Below, in pieces: positions 57,485-64,000 of a stretch of DNA of 64,000 nt. A program made the translations under genes and the position numbers. The stretch covers positions 2,112,001-2,176,000 of the forward strand of contig OZ244653.1 of assembly GCA_965218795.1 (NCBI GenBank). Reading direction: 5' to 3'. The notes under the pieces were generated by a model. The model ran no database searches. It saw only the letters and a list, made by a program, of their open reading frames with translations, and had not been told where the DNA came from. Within the stretch, counting starts at the first letter, position 1; every line of letters begins with the position of its first letter. Source of the DNA: a bacterium (lineage in GTDB: Bacteria > UBA8248 > JACPRG01 > G963555815).

Positions 57485-58999
57485 TCAGCCGTCCTCTTTG
57501 ACGAAATCCGAGAGACGCTCGCCGATCATCAAAGAGGTGTTGTTGGTGTGGGCGTGCACGATGACGGGCATGATCGAGGCGTCCCCGATCCGCAGGTTGG
57601 CCATCCCGTGCACCCGGAGCCGTTCATCGACGACTGTCCCGGGACTGGAGGACGGCCCCATCATGCAGGTGCCCACGCCGTGGTGGAAGCTGTCATAGGT
57701 GGAGCGGGCGTACTTCGGCCAGTCCTCGTTGGGGTCGGGCTGGAAGAGGTTGCCGTAGAACTCGGCCATGGGTTTCGATTTCGCGATTTGGTCGATGATT
57801 TCCATGCCCTTCACGATGGCCCTGATGTCGCCCGGGTCCTCCAGCATCTGCGGGTCGATGCCCGGCAGGTCCTTCGGATCGGTCGATTGGAGAAACACCC
57901 GGCCGCGGGTCCTCTGCTCCAGGAGATGCACGGAGATGGTGTTGATCTGTCCCAACTCCTCCATGGCCGCAGGCTGGCGGATGATGGCCTGCAGGTCGGA
58001 CACTTCAAGTCCCGGGTCGCTCTTGAAATTGTGCATAATGCCCGGAGCAATCCAGTCCTCGACATGGTCCTTTGCTCCCTCGTACTGCAGGAAGACGACG
58101 GCGTGGTCCTGGTGATTCCCGCCGACGCCCTCCAGCCCCTGCACCACCTGGATGCCGTGCCGCTCCAGCTCGGCGGAGGGGCCTATCCCCGACAACATGA
58201 GGATCTGAGGCGACCCGTAAGCGCCCGCGCACAGGCAGATCTGGTCACCCGAGACGGTCCCTGTCTCCCCGTCCTTCTCATACCTGACGCCGGTGACCCG
58301 GTCTCCCTCGATATCCAATCCGTGGACCAGGGCTTCGGCGATGATGGTGAGATTGGGCCGCCCCCGCGCCGGTCCCACAAAGGCCACCGCGGAGGATTGC
58401 CGCCGCCCGTCCTTCACGTTATAGGCGGTTCGGGATACACCGAAAGGATTCGGGAGATTCTGATCGTCGACCGTCGGGTACCCCAGCTCCGCGGCCCCGT
58501 CGATGAATGCCCGCTCCAGACCATCGGGACGGATCTCGTCGAACACATATCGGCGTTGAACGTACAGGGGGCCGCTGTTTCCGTGACTCGGATGATCGGG
58601 ATAATCCTGGTCCGACTCGATCCGTTTGTAGACGGGCAAAACTTTTCCCCAGGCCCATTCAGGGTTTCCGAACTCCACCCAGCGGTCGAAATCGGAAGGC
58701 TGGGCCCGGATGACGGTCATGAAATTGACGGACGATCCCCCGCCGAGAATCCGCCCCGCCAGCGCGTAAAAGACTCTTCCATCGATGTTTCGGGGCGCGG
58801 GCAGCATCTCGATGTAAGGGGACTCGAGCATGATACGGCCCACGTTCTGATGGTCGGCGATGATCTCCGGCAGCGGCTGTGGGTCCGGGCTGCGATCCAG
58901 GAGGAGGACGTTCCGGTCCGGGTCTTCGGATAGGCGCGCGGCGGCCACACATCCGGCCGAGCCGCCGCCCACGATGACGACGTCGTAATGTTCGGCCAT
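57485..58999 (-). CDS. GMC oxidoreductase (first gene of the tandem array)
   Basis: Same GMC motifs; HHGVGT...HAHTN. Confidence 0.92.
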   Translation of the reverse strand: MAEHYDVVIVGGGSAGCVAAARLSEDPDRNVLLLDRSPDPQPLPEIIADHQNVGRIMLESPYIEMLPAPRNIDGRVFYALAGRILGGGSSVNFMTVIRAQPSDFDRWVEFGNPEWAWGKVLPVYKRIESDQDYPDHPSHGNSGPLYVQRRYVFDEIRPDGLERAFIDGAAELGYPTVDDQNLPNPFGVSRTAYNVKDGRRQSSAVAFVGPARGRPNLTIIAEALVHGLDIEGDRVTGVRYEKDGETGTVSGDQICLCAGAYGSPQILMLSGIGPSAELERHGIQVVQGLEGVGGNHQDHAVVFLQYEGAKDHVEDWIAPGIMHNFKSDPGLEVSDLQAIIRQPAAMEELGQINTISVHLLEQRTRGRVFLQSTDPKDLPGIDPQMLEDPGDIRAIVKGMEIIDQIAKSKPMAEFYGNLFQPDPNEDWPKYARSTYDSFHHGVGTCMMGPSSSPGTVVDERLRVHGMANLRIGDASIMPVIVHAHTNNTSLMIGERLSDFVKEDG

Positions 59000-59011
59000 G
59001 GGGCTCCCCTT

Positions 59012-59458
59012 CTATGTCTCTTCCAGACGGCTCCGCAGCCGCTTGGCGAATTCTTTCAGCATGACTCCGGCCACGCCCCGAAGGATCATGTCCCCCACAA
59101 TGGCGATCCGGCCCTGGATGTCAGCATCGAAATGATGGCGCATGTGCGTTCCGTCCCCATCTTCGGCCAGCAAGAGGGAGATGGTCGCGTCGATCTTGCT
59201 CTTCGTAACGTCGTCTTGCCCATCCACCCGGACCTTCATCTCCGCGGGCGGCGCGCTCGCCACGATGCTGGCCGTAAAGCGGAACTTTCCCGAGATCGGG
59301 CCGACCTTGGCGCCGATGACCCCGTCGAAAGTCTCTTCGTCAAGCTGGTGGATTGCCTCCAGACCGGGCACGCAGGAGGAGAATGCCTGGATATCCATCA
59401 GGAAATCCCAGACCTTCCGCACGGGCGCATGGACGTCAACCTGTCCTTCGATAATCAC
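59012..59458 (-). CDS. coxG: CoxG/SRPBCC-family protein
   Basis: APVRKVWDFLMD....SCVPG...KVGPISGKF...GRIAIVGD. Confidence 0.8.
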   Translation of the reverse strand: MIIEGQVDVHAPVRKVWDFLMDIQAFSSCVPGLEAIHQLDEETFDGVIGAKVGPISGKFRFTASIVASAPPAEMKVRVDGQDDVTKSKIDATISLLLAEDGDGTHMRHHFDADIQGRIAIVGDMILRGVAGVMLKEFAKRLRSRLEET

Positions 59459-59491
59459 GGTTTCAATGTCCGATCACGGTTCCGGCCCCGG

Positions 59492-61129
59492 CTACCGGGG
59501 GATGACGGGCAGCATCAGGCGCGACCCGCCCTTCCCTTCGTGCACCGTGTTTTCCGCCTTGAGGGCCTTGGCCGCGTGATACCAGAAGAAGTTGTCCGCC
59601 ACGGAGTCGCAGCTCGACAACTCCAGCCTCACCCGGTGGCCGGGCTGAAACACGTTGCACGTCGGAATGATCTCGACGGCGAATTCCTCGGGCTGATTCG
59701 GCGTCAGCGAAATCTCGCGCAAATGGGTATGCCAGGGCTGCCAGGACTTGCTGCGCTCCGGATCGAGTTCCCGGTGGGAGGCGCGGAGCCAGCCCTTGGT
59801 CAGAACCTTCGCCGACCCGTCCGGGGCCTCGTCCATGAAGACCGCGAACCAGTCGGTGTCCTCGGCCGAGGAGTGCGCGACAAGATTCAGCACGATAGGC
59901 CCGGTGACCTCCAGGGGCTTGTCCATCGGCTCGGAGCGATACGTGAGGCGCGGGTTTCCATACCGGGCCTCCTCGCTGAGCGGGTCGTATTCGTAGACCC
60001 GCTCCCCGTCGCTTCCGGCAACCTCCGAGAGGGTCCCTTGCAGGCCGTCCGACGGGCCCCCCAGGTAGTAGTCCGTCCATTGTGTCCTCGCCAACGGCCA
60101 TTCGCTCTCCGACCGCCAGACGTCATCACCCTGGATGTAAAGCTGAATGGGCGGGCCTTCCATCACCCCCGTGTCCATTCCCTTGAGCCAATGGTCGTAC
60201 CAGCGCAGCGCCTCCAAGTGATAATTGGCGAACGGACGTCGGGGTTTGGGGGACGGACCCAGAAGCATTCGCTTGGGGGCATTCTGCACCGCTTCCCAGC
60301 CGCTGAACGCGCCCCGCAGGTGCAGGTTGTAGAACTGCCAGTCGCAGCCGAAGTACGTCGGGGTGTTGATCCGATCCAGGCGCGGCCAGGCCGACCGCTC
60401 CTGGTAATACTCGTGGTCGAGGGGGTACTTCAACCCCAGCGCGGTTTGGAAGTGATGATGAAAACCGGAGGGGTCCTTCAGTCGGCCTCCCCAGAAATTC
60501 AGGTAGGACATGTTGGCGAACCAGCCGCGCAGAAAACCGTCGGACGGTATTCCCCCATGGAAACAACTGTCCCGGTACATGTCCGTGGCGGCGTCGTATG
60601 GAAAGATGGCCTTCAGGCTGGGCGGCTGGTGTCGGCCGGCCACCATGATCTGGCTGCGCGCGTAATACGAGCAGCCGACCATCCCCACATTTCCGTCGCA
60701 CCAGGGCTGTGAAGCCGCCCACTCGATGGTCTCGAACAGGTCGTGCTGCTCCGTCGGCCCGCAGAAATCCCAGGCCCCGTCCGAGTCGTTCGAACCCCGG
60801 CAGTCCACGACCACGTGAACGTACCCCCGCGGCACCCAGAACTGCGTGATGCCCGCCTCGTTCTGACCGAGGGGGACGGACGTGTGCTGGAGCTGCCTCG
60901 AATAGCAGGACCAGGCGATGAGGGCCGGGAACTTCTCTCCCGGAGCATACGGCCGGAAGATGTCGGCGGCGAGCGAGATATCGTCGCGCATCCGAATCCG
61001 GATCCCTTCCTCCTCATAGATGCCGTAACGCGGGACGGACTGCTCGGGCGTGGCGGGCGTCTCATTAAAGGGATGCTGCGGCCATGCGGCGGGGAAAGCG
61101 GTTCGAATGCTGTCGGGATTGACGCGCAA
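59492..61129 (-). CDS. CocE/NonD-family alpha/beta hydrolase
   Basis: MRDDISLAADIFRP, RGYVHVVVDCRG...SDG, QPWCDGNVGMVGCSY, WYDHWLKG, FQPGHRVRLE. Confidence 0.9.
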   Translation of the reverse strand: MRVNPDSIRTAFPAAWPQHPFNETPATPEQSVPRYGIYEEEGIRIRMRDDISLAADIFRPYAPGEKFPALIAWSCYSRQLQHTSVPLGQNEAGITQFWVPRGYVHVVVDCRGSNDSDGAWDFCGPTEQHDLFETIEWAASQPWCDGNVGMVGCSYYARSQIMVAGRHQPPSLKAIFPYDAATDMYRDSCFHGGIPSDGFLRGWFANMSYLNFWGGRLKDPSGFHHHFQTALGLKYPLDHEYYQERSAWPRLDRINTPTYFGCDWQFYNLHLRGAFSGWEAVQNAPKRMLLGPSPKPRRPFANYHLEALRWYDHWLKGMDTGVMEGPPIQLYIQGDDVWRSESEWPLARTQWTDYYLGGPSDGLQGTLSEVAGSDGERVYEYDPLSEEARYGNPRLTYRSEPMDKPLEVTGPIVLNLVAHSSAEDTDWFAVFMDEAPDGSAKVLTKGWLRASHRELDPERSKSWQPWHTHLREISLTPNQPEEFAVEIIPTCNVFQPGHRVRLELSSCDSVADNFFWYHAAKALKAENTVHEGKGGSRLMLPVIPR

Positions 61130-61212
61130 GTCATCCTCTCCTCATCTGTGCGACATACCGTTTCGGGTCAGACCGAACGCAGCGGCGCAACGGCCTTTGG
61201 TTGGGACGCGGC

Positions 61213-62502
61213 CTACCGCGAAGCGATGGCGACGGCATCCATCTGGACGGAGCAGCCCCGAATCCAATGCGGGGGGCGAACGCCGCAGACCAAAGCCGCG
61301 GGCGGTTTCTTGGGAAACGCCGTCTGCCAAACGTCCAGGGAAGCGTCGAACCGGCTGAGATCGGTATAGAAATTCTGCGTCCAAACCACATCCTTCAGCG
61401 AGCTTCCCCCGGCCCGGCAGATCGCCTCCATGTTCTTAAGGATGTGCTCGGTTTCCCGCCTCCCGGCAGAGCCGAACCAGGGCATCTCGGAATGGACCGC
61501 CGCCCCGGGGGAGATCTCCATCTTTCCATCCGCGGCGAGAAGGCCGGACAGGAAAAGAAAGTCCCCCGCCCGCACGGCGTGGGGCTGATGACCTCCCGTG
61601 CCCGGAATCCCCTTGGCCTTGACGATTGTCTTCTTCGCGGCGCCGTCGTTCTTGACCGCAATCAGGTTGACCTCGATGCAGCAGTCCACGTCGGAGATCC
61701 GGCTGACGGGAATGATGGTCCGCGCGGGCGGCTCCTTCGGGAAGAGCTCCTCCCAGACCTCCTCGAATTCGTAATAGTCCTCCATATCCAGCAGCCAGAC
61801 GTCGGCCTTGACGACGTTTTCGAGCGAACTCCCCGCTTCTTCCAGGACCATCTGGAGGCGCTTCATGACGTAATCGGTCTGAAGCTTGATGGCCGAACCG
61901 TACCAGAAATCGGGATTCTTCCAGGCCTCGGCAGCCACACCGGTCTTGAAATCGCTTGCAATCTGGCCGGTCAGAAAGATGAAATCCCCCGCCGTCACCC
62001 CTTGCGGCCCTCCGGCGAAGGGTCCGCCCGGCGACTTCGGGATGCTTCCCATGTCGACGATCTCTTTGACCGTCTTGCCCTTCTCCGCAACGGCGATGCA
62101 CTCCAAACCGACCAGCGAGCCAGGCACCAGAAAATCCTCGACGGCCACATTCGTGCTGGCGGGCCGGATGGAGGGAGAAACGTAGTTTTTCCGGGTGTCC
62201 AGGTACGGGGAGGCGGCCTCCGGCCGCGTGACCAATTGATCGATCCGGACGCCGTAATCCAGCGATGACCCGGCCGCCTTCAGGATGGCCTGCGTGTTTC
62301 TGAGAATGTAATCCGACTGAATCTTGGCCAGGACGACGGGATTCGTGATTCCCCGGCTTTTTTTCTTGACCTCGGGCGCGAGTCCGGTCTTGTAATCTGT
62401 CGGGATCTGGCCGCCCACGAAGATGAAGTCGTCCGCCCGGACGGCGAGGGACCCCATGACGGGTGCCGGGACTTTGGGACATTGGATCACATCGCGACGC
62501 AT
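61213..62502 (-). CDS. Rid/YjgF family protein with three tandem domains
   Basis: Three ~140-aa repeats, each with A(D/G)DF.F..G and (A/G)GSSL, ending in a PA(S/R/A)...E/D..A segment. Confidence 0.88.
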   Translation of the reverse strand: MRRDVIQCPKVPAPVMGSLAVRADDFIFVGGQIPTDYKTGLAPEVKKKSRGITNPVVLAKIQSDYILRNTQAILKAAGSSLDYGVRIDQLVTRPEAASPYLDTRKNYVSPSIRPASTNVAVEDFLVPGSLVGLECIAVAEKGKTVKEIVDMGSIPKSPGGPFAGGPQGVTAGDFIFLTGQIASDFKTGVAAEAWKNPDFWYGSAIKLQTDYVMKRLQMVLEEAGSSLENVVKADVWLLDMEDYYEFEEVWEELFPKEPPARTIIPVSRISDVDCCIEVNLIAVKNDGAAKKTIVKAKGIPGTGGHQPHAVRAGDFLFLSGLLAADGKMEISPGAAVHSEMPWFGSAGRRETEHILKNMEAICRAGGSSLKDVVWTQNFYTDLSRFDASLDVWQTAFPKKPPAALVCGVRPPHWIRGCSVQMDAVAIASR

Positions 62503-62625
62503 CTCATTCCTTTCTTTCCCGCGGGAGCGCCAAACCCCGAGACATTCGGAATTCGGGCCCTCCCGGCGACAGCCTTGAGCGGTCCGGACAGCCTGCGCAC
62601 GGGACGGGTCCCCGCGCCGATCGGT

Positions 62626-64000
62626 TCACCCGGAAACGCCATCCGGGAAATATTCATCCAGATCGATGGAACGCCAGACGCTCTCGGGCGGATCGCACCG
62701 GTCGGGCAGGGGAACATCGATCGGCTTGGTGGCATCGATCAGGACCTTCGTGTTCAACCCGTTCCTGTACGGCCAGCCCCTCCCCGAGACGCCCATGGCG
62801 TCCAGCGTTCCGCAATGCACGTCCTTGATGAAGTCGAAGTCCCTATCCGGCCGGGTTCGGGCCGTTATGGCCCACAGGACTTCTCCCAGGTTGGCCGGGT
62901 TCACGTCCTCGTCCACCACGATGGCGATCTTCAGCAGGTAGACCGACGCGAGCGCGGCCAATCCCGCCGCCTTGCCCTGCCCCTCCGTTTCCTTGCGAAT
63001 TTGAATGACCGCCGTGTGGACGATGCCCTCGGACGGGTGGAACACATCCAATACATTGTGCACCGAGGCGCGGATTTTGTTGAACACGTACGCGTCCTGA
63101 GCGAGGACCGAGCAGTTCACATGGTCGATGTAGGGGGAATGTACGTCGTAGAGGATAGCGTCTTTGCGGTGCGTGATGGCCGAGACCTCAATCACCGGCG
63201 AGTTTCGGGCCTCCCCATAGAAGAACGTGTACTCCCCGAAGGGCCCCTCTTCTTCCCGAACGCCTGAGAGGAACTTGCCCTCGATGACGAACTCGGCCCG
63301 GGCGGGGACGGGGACATCCACGGATTCCGCCGGGACGAGCTCGAGCGCTTCGCCCAATACGCCGCTCATCGTGGCCAGCTCATTCTGGAGCGGTCCCCGC
63401 ACCTGGGAGGCCAGAACGCAGAGGGGATGATGGCCGATGAAGATGGCGCACTCCAGGTCCTGTCCCTTCGCCTCCGCCTTCTTGAGCAGATGGAACAGGT
63501 GCGTGCCCTCGTTGATGAAGCAACCCAGCCGCCGAGGTCCTTTGAGCATGTGCCGGTAAATTCCGATATTGGGCTCGCCGGTATCGGGGTTGCGTACGAC
63601 GGTCACGCCCGCAGTGACAAAAGGTCCCGAATCCTTCTCGGCGTGGGTGACGATGGGGAGCCTGCGGAGGTCGCATTCTTCTCCCCGAGAGACCACCTCC
63701 TTGACGGGTCCGGTGTCCACCTGGACGGGGGGGATGGGTTTGTCCAGCCCTTCACTCCAGGCCTTCAACATGGATTGGCGGTCGGCTACCCCCATGCCGT
63801 AGGCCATCCGTTCCCGGGTGGCGTGAACATTCGTGAGCACAGCGTGATCGCTTCCCTGGACGTTCTCAAAAAGGACGGCGGGGTATTTCCGGTCTTCCTG
63901 AAGCCGCCGGATCACACCCGAAATCTCGAATTTCGGATCGACCTGACGCGAGACACGCAGGATTTCACCCGGATGACGCTCCTCCATCTCTTCGATGAAG
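62626..64000 (-). CDS. UbiD-family (de)carboxylase #3 (start probably just beyond the window)
   Basis: The frame is open to the edge (FIEEMEERHPGE); NIGIYR, EGPFGEYT, VLWAITAR, KVLIDAT. Confidence 0.9.
   Translation of the reverse strand, partial: FIEEMEERHPGEILRVSRQVDPKFEISGVIRRLQEDRKYPAVLFENVQGSDHAVLTNVHATRERMAYGMGVADRQSMLKAWSEGLDKPIPPVQVDTGPVKEVVSRGEECDLRRLPIVTHAEKDSGPFVTAGVTVVRNPDTGEPNIGIYRHMLKGPRRLGCFINEGTHLFHLLKKAEAKGQDLECAIFIGHHPLCVLASQVRGPLQNELATMSGVLGEALELVPAESVDVPVPARAEFVIEGKFLSGVREEEGPFGEYTFFYGEARNSPVIEVSAITHRKDAILYDVHSPYIDHVNCSVLAQDAYVFNKIRASVHNVLDVFHPSEGIVHTAVIQIRKETEGQGKAAGLAALASVYLLKIAIVVDEDVNPANLGEVLWAITARTRPDRDFDFIKDVHCGTLDAMGVSGRGWPYRNGLNTKVLIDATKPIDVPLPDRCDPPESVWRSIDLDEYFPDGVSG

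Noticed and set aside
195-63802. Many long antisense or alternate-frame ORFs (e.g. 195-1112, 35135-37396, 43373-45349, 49836-51461, 58988-60712)
   Set aside because: They overlap well-supported genes, lack motifs, and are expected shadows of high-GC codon usage.
5326-64000. Ubiquinone-biosynthetic ubiD
   Set aside because: No ubiA, ubiX or other quinone genes are present, and the context is catabolic.
1-64000. CRISPR array, tRNA/rRNA, prophage, IS or integrase, selenocysteine read-through
   Set aside because: No spaced repeats, RNA-gene signatures, mobile-element genes or in-frame TGA within conserved domains were seen by eye.

Overview
GC-rich bacterial DNA with about 43 densely packed CDS. 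I found no rRNA, tRNA, CRISPR array, integrase or transposase, and no transcription factor gene. After a ybbP-ybbA/tesA locus (1-3328), the remaining ~60 kb is one catabolic region of repeated paralogs. It holds 6 xanthine-dehydrogenase-family Mo large subunits but only one FAD subunit, one 2Fe-2S subunit and one CoxG. It also holds 3 ATP-dependent hydantoinase/oxoprolinase A+B pairs, 3 UbiD-family (de)carboxylases with no UbiX, and 4 isochorismatase-fold cysteine hydrolases (one doubly frameshifted). Other genes: 3 tandem GMC oxidoreductases, a cyclic amidohydrolase, a class-III aminotransferase, 2 SDRs, an Fe-ADH, an OYE, a CocE/NonD hydrolase, a triple-domain Rid protein, DUF3891, a BMP/nucleoside-type ABC transporter and 2 orphan NMT1/THI5-like binding proteins. 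Best hypothesis (inference): an oxygenase-free, modular system for degrading N-heterocycles or cyclic amides by Mo hydroxylation, ATP-dependent lactam opening and amide hydrolysis/decarboxylation. Some promoters share a candidate operator (AATTATCCG), and several enzymes have non-canonical active-site motifs. All calls come from reading motifs by eye; no database searches were run.
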